The translations under genes and the position numbers were made by a program. Below are positions 1 through 10,960 of a DNA stretch of 23,508 bases, piece after piece. Source of the DNA: Raillietiella orientalis (lineage: Eukaryota); assembly GCA_036172245.1 (NCBI GenBank), contig JAYWIR010000013.1:4464001-4487508 (forward strand), given 5' to 3'. Position 1 is the stretch's first letter. Each line of letters starts with the position of its first letter. The notes under the pieces were generated by a model. The model saw nothing but the letters and a program-made list of their open reading frames with translations. It did no database searches and was not told the origin of the DNA.

Positions 1-1683
1 GTCTAGGATGCCCAGGCCTGCATCCTGACGCGGCGCCACCAAGTCTTGAAGTCTTACGGGGGATCTTGCAGCGCCCCACAGCGCTTTGCGTAGAAGGCGC
101 TGCGCCCAGACTTTGACTTTCTGGGGACGTGGACAAACAAAAAACAGGGGGCGGAGGAGATGGGCAACGAAGGTGTTCCAGATGCAGGCCCGTTCCGGCA
201 AGACGAACTCGCTTCCTGAAAACGGGCCAAGTGCACGCTCTGCCTTCCGAAGGCAGTCCGACCTCGCTTCTGAGATGCAGAATTCGTCCAACGGCACGTC
301 AAGGTACCTGAGGTACCTGCCCGTGGAGATCCTTAGGCCGATCCAGTCGGACTGCCCCTCCCACGTCGCAACCACCGGAACAACCATACACTTACCCCTG
401 TTAACGCTCACGCCCGCACCGCAGCGAATTAACTAAAAGAAGTCTTCAAGCGATGACGCAGGGGTGGATATGGGCAACAGGAGAAGCAGGTCGTCGGCAT
501 AGAATGTCACGGCCGGCGTACCTGGACAGAAGGTCGGCAGGTTAGCTAGCGTCAGCCTGTAAACCTCCAGCACCAATTCAAAAAAGAAAATAAAGAGCAG
601 CGGGGTTAAGCTATCACCCTGCCGAATTCCTCGTCGTACCGGCACGCCGTACACGCGACAGCCACTGAAAACAATGGATGTAATCGCGTGGCGCCAGCAG
701 GAGCGCAAGTACGCCAACAGGAATGCCGGAAGACCCAGACGTTCCAAAAGCTCAAGAAGAAGCTTTTGGTTCACGCAATCGAAAGCTTTGTGCAGATCGA
801 CTGCAACCGCCAAGGCTCCCGGTGTCTCCCTTTGCGTCCCGCGCCTCTGTCGGTGAGAGATCGAAGGCGTCGCTTCCGCACGACGATCCACCTCCACACG
901 AAGCTGCAATTGCAGCCATGTGCGGATGAACAAGAGATTCGCATCCATGGACCGTCCTGGAACAGCGTACGTCTGCTCCGGACTTACCAAGGATTCCGCG
1001 ATCCTACCCATCCGCGCCACCCAAAGTTTCCAGAACAACTTGACGTGCGAATTCACTAATGTGATCGGACGCCAGTTTTTCAGTTGGCGCAAATCTTCGC
1101 CTTTCGGCATTAGACGCACCTTCGCTGAGCAAAACGAGGCGGGCACATCGCCCGAGTATCGCTTCAACCACGAGAGTTGGAGAACCAGGGGGATGAGCTC
1201 CGCCGCAAAACACTGGAAGAATTCCGCGGGGAGCCCATCTTCGCCTGGCACTTTTCGACTCTTGAGCCCCGAGATGGCCGAGGAAATTTCCTCTGCCGTG
1301 AAGGGCTCATCAAGACGCGCGCGTTCCCTCTCGTGTACAACAGGTGCATCAATCGGCAGAAGCAGCCGGGAGAGGCTGCGTTCCGTCGGTGCCTCTGCAT
1401 ACAGAGAAGAGTCATAGCGCCTCACTATCCGTCGCAAGTCGGCTGGAGCCGAGCTTTCCCGGTCCCGGTCGTCGAGCAGAACTGTCGCCCCTGACTGCCA
1501 GACCTGGCGCTCGGCATAGGCCTTGTACTTAAATAATCGATAAACGTCCGGGCGCCTGGAAAGAAGCGGGCCTGCAGAAAATCTCTGCTGTTGGCAACGC
1601 CCTCTCGGAAGCCGCGCGGAAGCTGGTGCAAGGGAAACCGGCAGCAGAACTCGCGGACCGATCTTTTGAGATCGTCCCAGTCC
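1..1683 (-). pseudogene. Segment A: ORF2 (linker, RT and post-RT) of an L1/Tx1-like non-LTR retrotransposon, running off the window's left edge
   Basis: ORF 433..1791 carries RT motifs PGEDG, NWRPITLVN, DLHKAFD, GIRQGDSLTPLLF and YADD (490-501). After a TAG at 433-435 the same frame continues to base 1 (…ERACIWNTF…RQDAGLGILD). A frameshifted upstream part reads DWDDLKRSVREFC up to ~1683. The N-terminus of the called ORF is antisense read-through of B's 5' UTR. Confidence 0.93.
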
Positions 1684-1790
1684 TCGAGTCAGAGCGGCCG
1701 AGTTTTTGTTTCGCTCTTCAGCGTTTGTGGTTTTATTTTTATTCTTTTTTTTCTTGGTGTGCCAGTGGATTCGGTGGTGGCTAGGCAGCA

Positions 1791-2203
1791 ATGCCTCGGA
1801 CCATCACCAATGTTAAGGAGGGGGCGACGTCTATGTCGCCCCCTGAATCAATGGATGTGGGGGCAGCCGCCCTCACAGAAGCGACTCCCTCGCTAGGGAG
1901 AAGCTGGAGTTCCGTGTTTGCGGCACCAACGCAAGCCGCTGCATCTGAGTTAAAAGCCTACCTGGAGGAGGGGAACAATCATCCTCTACTCTACAAGTAA
2001 GGCAACTTTAACTCCTTTGAGAGTGCACGCACGTTCTCCAAAGCGATGCACTCCCTCAAAGTACCACAGGAGCAGCTCTTGGCGATGACCATCAGGAGTG
2101 GTGGACAGTACGTTGAGGTGATTTGCAAAGAAGCAAGTCTTGCCCAGCGTCTGCTCCGTACACCTGTTCCTTAATGGAATCGCCGGCTCCTTTGCATCAT
2201 GGA
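1791..2203 (+). pseudogene. B ORF1 (gag-like) N-terminal fragment
   Basis: MPRTITNVKEG… is nearly identical to C ORF1 MPGTTTNVKEG…. Stops at 1998-2000 and ~2173. Confidence 0.9.
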
Positions 2204-4880
2204 TGTTACGCGCGAACACCAGACGTACGCAGGCTAGCCGAATACCGTGCGGGAGTTGAGAGGCAGGCGTGGCAATCCGGGTCGGCCAGCTTACTGGACG
2301 ACCAGGGTTCGGAGCACTCGGCCCCCGACCAGGTAAAAGGCTTATTAAAAAAATTATACTCCTCTCTGTACGCGCGCGCTCCACCGGAACGAAATGTCTC
2401 GCGACTTCTTCTTCCGGAAGGCGCTCCGGCGATCGGGGAGAAAGATAGAAAGACCCTCGACGAGCCTTTCCCGATGGGCGAGATCATCTCGGCCATCGGA
2501 AAGCTCAAGAGGCGGTAGGCACCAGGAGACGACGGCGTGCCAGCGGAATTTCTTCAATGTTTCGCGGCAGAGCTCACTCCTCTGGTGAAGAAACTCACCT
2601 TGCTGATCCGCGAAAGGGGCGACGTCCCCGCCTCGTTTCGTTCGGCAAAGGAGCGTCTCGGCCCTAAGGGAGGAGACCTTCAGAGCATGAGCAACTGGCT
2701 TCCGAATACCGTGATAAACGCGGACACCAAGTTGCTGGCAAAATTGTGGGCTGAACGCTTGAGGCGGATAGCGGGAAAATTCATTAGCCAGGAGCAGACA
2801 TATGCAGTTCCCGGGCGAAGTATGGATGCCAACCTGTTCCTCGCCAGCACCTTTTTCGCGCTTCAACAGGAAAGGGTCAGGATGGGCAACCGGACTTCCG
2901 GAATGTCCGCCCCTAGGAAACGGGATGGTTGGGGGGGAGGGAGCCCTCGCAGTCGCAGTCGATTTGCATAAAGCATTCGACTGTGTCGACCAGAGGCTCC
3001 TCCTGGAGCTCCTGGAACGCTTGGGCTTCCCGGTCCCTTTGCTGACCTACCTGCGATCCTGCTGGCGCGACGCGCTCATTCAGATCTTTTTCAGTGGACA
3101 CTCCGTGCACGGCGTACCGGTGCGACGCGGCATAGGGCAGGGAGACAGCCTGAGTCCCTTGCTCTTCAGTAACTACTTCGAGTTGCTACTGAGAGCGTAC
3201 AGGGAAACTCTAGCGCACCTGCCGCGCGACTATCCCGGTACGCCCGCGGTGTCAGCATATGCGGACGACCTACTGCTGCTTCTCCCTATGTCCACCCCGG
3301 CATCGGCGGTCGAGGAGTTCTTCGACCTGCTAAGTCGGAAAACCGGGCTTTAGGTGAACAGGGCGAAGTCGTCCGTCATGCCAATCGGTGCGGCGTGGGC
3401 AGGGCAGCCGGACTGGGTCTGTTTGGGAATCCCCACGGTACGGTACTTCGAGTACCTCGGTGTACCGATGGGTGAATATCTCCCTTGGGATGCGTGGTGC
3501 AGCTGCCTTCAAAAGGTAGAGACGGCGATCGGCCAGTTTCAAGGCCGCAGGTTTTTCCTGCCGGAACGGGCCGCGGTGTGGAATTCATTCGCGGCGACCC
3601 TCCTCCGTTCCCTGCTTTTTGTTTGTCCCCCCACCACAGAGACTAAACAGCGGACGAAGGACCTACTAAGGATTGCCCTGTGGGGTAATGAAAGGGCCCG
3701 AGTCCGGATTGAGGACTTGAGCGCTCCGCGTCGGGACGGCGGTCTCGGCCTCCTGACGCTAGAGCGGCTGGAGCTCTAGCTTTAGTTTCGGTTACTCGTC
3801 CTAGTGGCGAAATATTGCAGTAACAGTTGGTGCGAGCCTGCACGTCTCCTCGTCGAGCAGGCTAGAGGCAAGGTGGGACTGTCATCCTTCCTTGCGTTCC
3901 GTCGGCGCCGCCTGTTCGGTCACTGCGGGTTGCATTTCCGGAGAGTGGCTGATCTGATGAGGAAGAACGCAGGATGACTCTGCTGTCGCCCCGTTCACGG
4001 ACCTGCATGGCTGCAGGAAACGGTTCAGACGTGGGCAAAGAGCAGCCAGCAACGCACCCAAGAAGGGCAGAAACAATTCTTCGCCCGTGATGACCGCCTG
4101 ACGCTCCGGGAGGTTCTGGAGAACCTCTAAAAACGAGCGTGGGCAAGAAGAACTCCCCTCACTGCAATGCTGTTTTCGTTCGCGGAACATTTGTACGGCA
4201 ACACCGCTGCAGCATGGGATGTGTATACTAAAATTTCCGGTACAGAAAAAAAGATCGAAGAATGAAAAACGGGAATTCTCTGCGATACTGCGGCCCGGAT
4301 TACCACCCCTATTGGACTTTTGCGCTGGGGCGAGCTGCTCAATGTTCCGCGGGAACAATTAAAGTGGCCCCCGGTGCTGATGAACACCTCCACCCTTTTC
4401 TTAAAATAGCAGGAGTCGGCGCTATTGTTGCCGCATTGGGGACTCCCCTGCAACGCCCGCCGACACCACTGGACCTCGGAAGCGGTAAGCCCTAATTGTG
4501 CGAGGTATGGAGAACGGGAGTCCCTCACTCATCTCCTTTTGGATTGTGTGGCTCTTCTGCCCCTTTGGAACCGTTTTGCCGCGGCAATCGGTAAGGCCTG
4601 TGGCAACCCCAGAGACGCAATTAGATCCCTCTTTGTTTGCGACGCCCTTCGGCCCTCTACCGCGTTAGCAGCTCTGTGCTAGTTTCGCGGGAGCGTCGCT
4701 GCATGAAGCAAAGCAACGGGAGGACCTCGCGATAAGGGTGCCGTCCAGTGCGCAGCCGAATTTATGCGGACGGCGACAGGATGGACCCATCTGGATTCAA
4801 CCATCCATAAACAGCTTGTCGGCATCCTGCAAAGGATGTAACGGCCCCACAGCAGACTGTGATCCCTTCCCGTGCCCCCT
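2204..4880 (+). pseudogene. B ORF2: RT and C-terminal zinc finger, disrupted
   Basis: DLHKAFD, GIGQGDSLSPLLF, YADD (3258-3269), DGGLGL and CARY-x7-H-x4-C (4497-4547, second Cys replaced by Tyr). Multiple stops and frameshifts (2516, ~2935, 3351, 3777, 4680). Confidence 0.92.
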
Positions 4881-5057
4881 AGACCTTGATTTTATATATT
4901 TCTTTTTTTTTTTTAAAATTTTGTTTTGTCCATGGCCTCTCTGCTGTCGTGGTGGACCGTGCCAGAATACGAACCGGTGACCCGGCAGGCTTAATTTTGT
5001 ATACCAGTGCGTAACCGGACCATCTGGTCAGCCACCAACGTTTGTTTTATTCCAAAG

Positions 5058-5087
5058 AATGAACGCCCCGATGCAACTGGGTGAAAA
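5058..5087 (+). promoter_or_regulatory. 3'-terminal motif of B: degenerate poly(A) signal, palindrome and short A tail
   Basis: AATGAA CGC CCCGAT GCAACTGGGTG AAAA, with the same spacing as the motifs at 14540 and 19260. Confidence 0.7.
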
Positions 5088-5192
5088 TCGAGCAAGAGCG
5101 GACGGGTTTTTGTTTCGCTCTTGAGCGTTTGTGGTTTTGTTTTTTCTTTTTTTTCTTGGTGTTTTAGTGGATGCGGTGGTTTCTAGGCAGCA

Positions 5193-6822
5193 ATGCCCGG
5201 AACCACCACCAATGTTAAGGAGGGATCGACGTCTATGTCGCCTCCTGAATCAATGGATGTGGGGGCAGCCGCCCCCACAGAAGCGACTCCCTCTCTAGGG
5301 AGAAGCTGGAGTTCCGTTGCTGCGGCGCCAACGCAAGCCGCTGCGGCTGAGTTAGAAGCCTACCTGGAGGAGGGGTCGAATCCCCCTCTACTCTACAAGG
5401 TAGGCAACTTTCACTCCTTCGAGAGTGCACGCGCGTTGTCGAAAGCTATGCACTCCCTCAAAGTACCACAGGAGGAGCTCTTGGCGATGACCATCAGGAG
5501 TGGCGGACAGAACGTTGAGGTGATTTGCAAAGAAGCAATTCTTGTCCAGCGTCTGCTCCGTACACCTGTTACTCAAGGGAATCGCCGGCTCCTTTCCATC
5601 ACGGAGGATAGATCTATCGTGATCCACCTCCTCGGAATCACCTTCCGGATGGCCGAAGAGGCTGTCCGAAAGGAACTAGTTAAATTTGGAACTGTCCACG
5701 CGTTGTGGAAAAAACCGACTTCGTTTTGGGAGTACGATCTCCTGAATTGCGGTATGGCTTCCGCGCGCATGACGGTCTGCGAGGGTTGCTTCCTACCTAA
5801 CAATCTGGAGGTCAACGGCGAACCCGTTGACATCTGGTATGTCGGTAAGCTGCATATCTGCGGGCATTCCAGCACTTCAGGTCACCTGAAAAAAAAGTGC
5901 CCTTACTTGCAGTGCAAGCAATGCAAGCAACCCGGGCACACTATTCCAGTGTGCCCGCAAAATGATGTCCGCGTCGCTTTCGCACGGAATGCGAAGAAAC
6001 GCGCAGCGAGAAAAAGACGAGATCAGGCAGCCCGAGAGAGAGCCGCCGCTAGATAAACAACTATCGTGCCCCAGGTGAAGGTCAGCTCCGAGATCTTGGA
6101 AAACTCGGACAAGGTCGAGGAGAACGGCCAGGAACCTGGATGGCAGGTAGTAAAATCCAAGAGGCAGAAAAGCCTCAAGGAAGCAAAAAAAAATGTCGCG
6201 AAACGCAGCGAGGATTTGGCGCGTTGCGAAAATATCAAAGGCTGCTCTGTCGTCATTAAGCGCATTCCTGCTGTCGAAAAGAGCGGCAAAAATGGACTCG
6301 TCCCTGCCGACTTTCAGCCCTCCGTCAAATTAATGCCGGAGGCTATCGGCCCGACGGTGGCGTCAGTCGTCGAACGCATGCTCGACGACGTCGCCTTTTA
6401 GCGGGCGGCGGAGGAGCTCGCTGCGTCCTTTCAGCGTTTCCTGAAATCCGCGAAAAAGACCTGGAGGTGTCCGACCTCGTTCAAGAAGTCGGAGATTCCG
6501 AACTCCGACGCAGAGGCGGAAAACACAGCCTTCGTCATTGCGGCCTCCCGCCCGAAGGCCAATCGCACGAAGATGGCTACCCGCAAAATTGTCCCGTCCG
6601 TGGAAAAGGATAGAGATAATTGAGGAAAGCGAGTGTGCCAATGAAGTGGGGAACTCCTGGGACTCTTCTCGAAAGGTAACCTCACGCTGCGCCCCCGGAG
6701 GGAGGGAAAGGGTAGAGTCTGTGCCCCAGATGCTTCAAGTGCCTGAGATAGCCGCGGTCCCCTTACTCGTCCCTCCCACCTGTCCCTTGACAGGTGCTGC
6801 AATGCCACGCTCCCAGCCTTAA
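5193..6822 (+). pseudogene. C ORF1: gag-like nucleic-acid-binding protein with two CCHC zinc knuckles and a K/E/S-rich tail
   Basis: ORFs 5193..6056, 6066..6401 and 6538..6822 form one interrupted gene. Knuckles are CGHSSTSGHLKKKC (one Cys lost) and CKQCKQPGHTIPVC. It ends in TAA at 6820-6822. Confidence 0.9.
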
Positions 6823-8227
6823 TGCCGGGAATCGCTTCTTACCGCCGTCTGCGAATTGCCTGTTGGAACGTCAACGCGCGAAGCAACAACGGTAAGAGAG
6901 GGGACATGGCCTCCACCCTGGCATCGTTCGACCTGGTGCGGCTTCAAGAGATCCACGTGATCTCCGCAGATCAAGCAACGGAGTTCGAGCTTATCACGGG
7001 TGGACGGCTGCTGTGGCGTTGCGGCACCGTTAAATCTTGCGGTGTCGTTTTCGTGCTTCGTCCAGCTGTCGAGACTGCGGCAAAAGGCGTACGGTTCGAT
7101 AGTGCCGGTCGCGTCGGGCAGTTGACCATCAGGTGGTCCGACTTTATCGATGTTGTCATTACCAACGTGTACGCCCCAAGCGGCAGCGATGCGCTAAGGG
7201 CAAAGGCAAGGAGAGATTTCTTCCTTACCCTGAAACGCGAAAATCTGGACAAAGCGGGAGTGCGCAAAGAGCACCTAATCGCAGGTGACTTCAACCTGCG
7301 CCTGCTGTCAGGTGCGTTTGACACACTTCGAGACCGCGTGAGCGAGCTGTGCACAGAGATGCACACGCGCAACTTGTTCGCGGAAAAACCGGAAATGGTC
7401 GACAGCATAGATCACGTGTTTTTTGACCAGCACCTATGCTCACGCGTGGGCAGGCGCGGCAAGTTACCGTCGGAACTGTCGGACCATCACCGGATCGTAT
7501 TCGAGGTGCGCCCACGCGATAGGGGTCATCCGTCATCTGCGTGGCGCTGAACGGGGGACTGGCTGAAACTTTTGTAAGCCGCGAAGCATATCCGCGGATT
7601 CATACGAGGTTTCAGCTTGCAGACGCTTCAAGCGCTCGGTCCGGAATTTTTGCGACGAGTTCACTATGAACCTCCTGCCTGCCGGGTTTGGTGAGAGCGT
7701 GCGTAACGAGAGATGGTATTTAGAATCTCGATGTTACGCGCGAACACCAGAAGGAAGCTGGCTAGCCAAATACCATGCGGGAGCCTAAAGGCAGGCGTGG
7801 CAATCCGGGTCGGCCAGCTTACTGGGCGACCAGGGTTCGGAGCATTCGGCCCCCGACCAGGTAAAAGGCTTATTAAAAAAATTCTAATCCTCCCGGTACG
7901 CGCGCGCTTCACCGGAAGGGGATGTCTTGCGAATTCTTCTTCCGGAAGGCGCTCCGGCGATCGGGGAGAAAGATAGAAAGACCCTCGACGAGCCTTTCCC
8001 GATGGGCGAGATCATCTCGGCCATCGGAGAGCTCAAGAGGCGGAAGGCACCAGGAGAAGACGGCCTCCTAGCGGAATTTTTTCAATGTTTCGCGTCAGAG
8101 CGCACTCCTCTGGTGAAGAAACTCACCTTGCTGATCCGCGAAACGGGCGACGTCCCCGCCTCGTTTCGTTCGGCAAAGTAGCGTCTCCTCCCTTAGGGAG
8201 GAGTCCTTCGGAGCATGTGCAACTGGC
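6822..8227 (+). pseudogene. C ORF2: APE-like endonuclease, linker and start of RT
   Basis: 242-aa ORF with WNVN, LQE, NVYAP, GDFN, IDH and SDH motifs. After the stop at 7548-7550 it continues with FKRSVRNFC, KAPGEDG and SMCNW. Confidence 0.94.
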
Positions 8228-8986
8228 CGCCTCCGGGTGGCTTAGCCAGTCTGCCGGCATCCTCCGAAAACAGTTTGGAGGCTCCTTGCCTGGCGGGAGC
8301 AACTCGAACTCGAGTTTGTTGTGGTCTGAAAGCACGGACGGCACGCGACCTCTTCTTCCCACTCAAGAGGGCAAGTGTTCATCAAGGTATACGTGGTCCG
8401 GCGTTGCTGGCATAACAGGGTCGCTAGCGAACAAGTTGCACGCGTGCAAGGACGCGCACATCTCTTCCGCTAGCAACTTTTCCCTTTTGTGGGAGCTATT
8501 CTCGGAAAGCAGGTGGACGTTAAAGTCCCCCGCAATGAGATGGGCCACAGTAGGGTGAGATCCGGTGAGCCACTGGCTTTGAACGGTACCGAAGAACACA
8601 ATTCTTTCGGTCCATCGTCCAGCACCGCTCGGCGCGTACACGTTGGTTACGACAAGGTCAATCGAGTCGGGCCACTTGAGTACAAGCTGTCCCACTCGGC
8701 CTTCCGTGTCGAAACGAATGCTGCGCACCGCTCCCGCCAAAGTTCCTCGCACGAGGAAAGCGACGTCGCACGTACGTGCAACGCCACACTTATAAAGTAG
8801 CGTTCCGCCCGCGCGCCTTTCGATTTCGGCAGCCTGCTTTTCAAAGATGCTGTGAATTACCTGCAAGAGCGTCAAGTCGAAGGCACGCAGAGCGTCAGCC
8901 ACTAGTCGCCACTTCTCCTCGTGTTGGAGCCCGTTGACGTTCCAAGACGTTACGGCAACACGACGAGAAGACGCGATTGCCCTCAT
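8227..8986 (-). pseudogene. D ORF2 APE endonuclease
   Basis: WNVNGL, LQV (catalytic E replaced by V), NVYAP, GDFN and DHVY, then a frameshift near 8363 followed by SDHNKLEF. Confidence 0.92.
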
Positions 8987-10890
8987 GACGGCTTGGAAAG
9001 CGAGGCCGTGGTGCTCGCCTTACCCGGCGAGCGGGCAGTAAGCAGCACGACGGGCTTGAGGGCGCGGTCGCCACCGGCCTCAACTGTGCTGCACGTTATC
9101 CAGTGCTTCTCTCCGGGTGCAGAACCTGTGAGTTCCGGGGTGAGCACTCGCCGTTTTGTGGCGAGTTTGTCACGCCTCAGGGCTTCAGCCCTGCGGGCGC
9201 TCGCTCCCGCGCGAGTAACGCGTCGTTCAGCGGCGCTATCAGACTCCTTTGCGGAGTCTGATGCTCGCACGATCGACGTGCGCTTGCATCCGTCCGATTG
9301 CACCTGAATGGTCTTCTCGGCGGTCACATAAGCGGACTTGCATGCGTTGAAGGCGCTGGCTTTTTCCTGGGAAGAGGCACAAGCCACGAGTGTTTCGGTA
9401 TTCGAGCGACGGCTTTTTTCTATGGAAGAGCTCAGGGATGGATGTGGCGAAGCTTTTTTTTGGAGATTTTTCTTCCCTCCTCTCCACAACCTTCCATTCG
9501 CCTTCGCGATTTTCGGAGGCTTTCGCGACAGTAGTTTCGGAAACCTCCGGGATTTTCGCTGCGTTCTCTGGGGGCGTTGCTCTCGCTGCGAATTTGAAGG
9601 GCGGCAACGAAGTCACCTTCTTGACAGTCGAGAGATAGCTCCTCTCCTGCCGAGTGGGCGATGGGACGACTGCATGCAGCGTGCTTTTTCTCGTCGCGAC
9701 GCTGCCTTTTACGGCTTTCGTCGTTTTTGCAGAGGGCCCTGCGCTGCAGTGGGGCTGTCCGGAACTCGGAAGGGACAACGGAACGGGGCAAGAAGTCTTC
9801 GTAATGTTGCGATCTTCCTGTTCTCCTACCTTTCCCTCCAGGGTGTTACGGAGATTTCCTGGTTCCTGGCTCGGAGAGGTGCCTGCGAGTTCGGCAGCGA
9901 GGGAGGGCACGGCACGCGTCAAACCCCCGTGCCCATGTTTAATTGGCTTTCCAGCCGTGACTTTCTCCTTTCGGGGCGTTGCGGCCGGGGATACTTTCTT
10001 TTCATCCAAGGATAGCTCGTTGTTTTTCCCGAGTGTTTGCGGACGACGTTTTCTATTTGCCGCTCCGGCTTTTCGTGCAGTGGTCTCTTGAACCCGACAA
10101 ATTTCCGCTGCGGCTCTTTTTCTTGCAAGTACCGGGCACTTTTTGATTTCGTGCTTGGAATCTTTGCAATAGCGGCATCTTGGAGAGAAGCACTCTTTAA
10201 TTCGGTGCCCCTCCTTGCCGCACTGCTCGCACGCAAGAGTCTGGCCTATGAACCACAGGTGAATGAGCGTGCCTTTCACCTGCAGCTGCTCAGGCACAAC
10301 ACGCCTGTTCGCGACGGTGATCCGCGCGGAGGTTTGTCCGATGTGGACAGAAGAGAAATCCTTGAAAGTGTTCGGCCTCCTCCACAAAGCGTGCACGGTG
10401 GCGAAATTCGAGAGCACGCTGACAACATCGCGGTCGGAAATTTCCGGTTCGATGTTGCACAATTGAACGACAAAAGAGTCGTACATCGCGGTAGGTAGGA
10501 CTTTTTTGCCATTGATAATAAACGGCGTACGGAGAAGGCACTGAAAAGTGCTGCGTTCTTGCAACGAATCTTCGTATATTCCACCCTGCTAGCAGGCATT
10601 ATGGCAAGAAGTTCCTCTTCGCGAACTCCGATCAGGACGAGCTCATCATTGAGTTCACGACCTATTCTCCCGTTAAGGGGCCCACTGATATTATAACGGA
10701 GTGCAGGCATGTATCCTGATGACACATATGCCTGGAACTCCGCATCGCAGGGTCCTGGTCTTTAAGAGGTAACGGCGGCGTAACTCCTCACCGGGTGCGA
10801 GGACGCCATTACGGAGGATGCGGCCACTTCAAGTGCAGCTGAAGCGCATCCAGTGGCTTGCTTCTTCACACTTTCCTGTGTACTGTCCAT
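8983..10890 (-). pseudogene. D ORF1: gag-like protein with two CCHC knuckles
   Basis: ATG at 10890 (MDSTQESVKK…RSYAAV), then ORFs 10276..10725, 9239..10564 and 8983..9489 joined by frameshifts. Knuckles are CEQCGKEGHRIKEC and CRYCKDSKHEIKKC. Confidence 0.88.
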
Positions 10891-10960
10891 GTTGCATTAT
10901 GCTACTTGCCAGATTTCACAGGAACACACAAGTGCGAGCGAAAACGCAGGCACAAAGTTG

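Larger units (their letters stand above)
1684..5087 (+). mobile_element. Segment B: internally deleted L1/Tx1-like element with both termini (5' UTR, ORF1 start, ORF2 from linker to end, 3' UTR, A4 tail)
   Basis: 1684-2203 matches C 5088-5605 (roughly 90% by eye). It then jumps to ORF2 sequence matching C 7732 onward. It ends in a T-rich 3' UTR, the terminal motif at 5058-5083 and AAAA at 5084-5087. Confidence 0.9.
5088..8227 (+). mobile_element. Segment C: 5' half of an L1/Tx1-like element of the same family as B, broken at the RT NWRP motif
   Basis: 5' UTR, ORF1, APE and linker/early RT in order. Homology to B stops abruptly after AACTGGC (~8227). Confidence 0.92.
8227..10960 (-). mobile_element. 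Segment D: 5' UTR, ORF1 and APE of a divergent L1/Tx1-like family, probably the 5' half of A
   Basis: On the minus strand a T-rich UTR (~10960-10891), ORF1 and APE occur in order. It ends at …DWLSHPEAA just after the APE domain. Confidence 0.88.

Noticed and set aside
433..1791. 452-aa ORF as an intact RT gene
   Set aside because: Its N-terminus is antisense 5' UTR of B plus an out-of-frame stretch, and it ends at a premature TAG while homology continues.
4120..4340. AT-richer patch in B as a foreign insertion
   Set aside because: The distance from the GLG motif to the zinc finger is about the same (~740 nt) in B, F and H, and the patch aligns with relic I.
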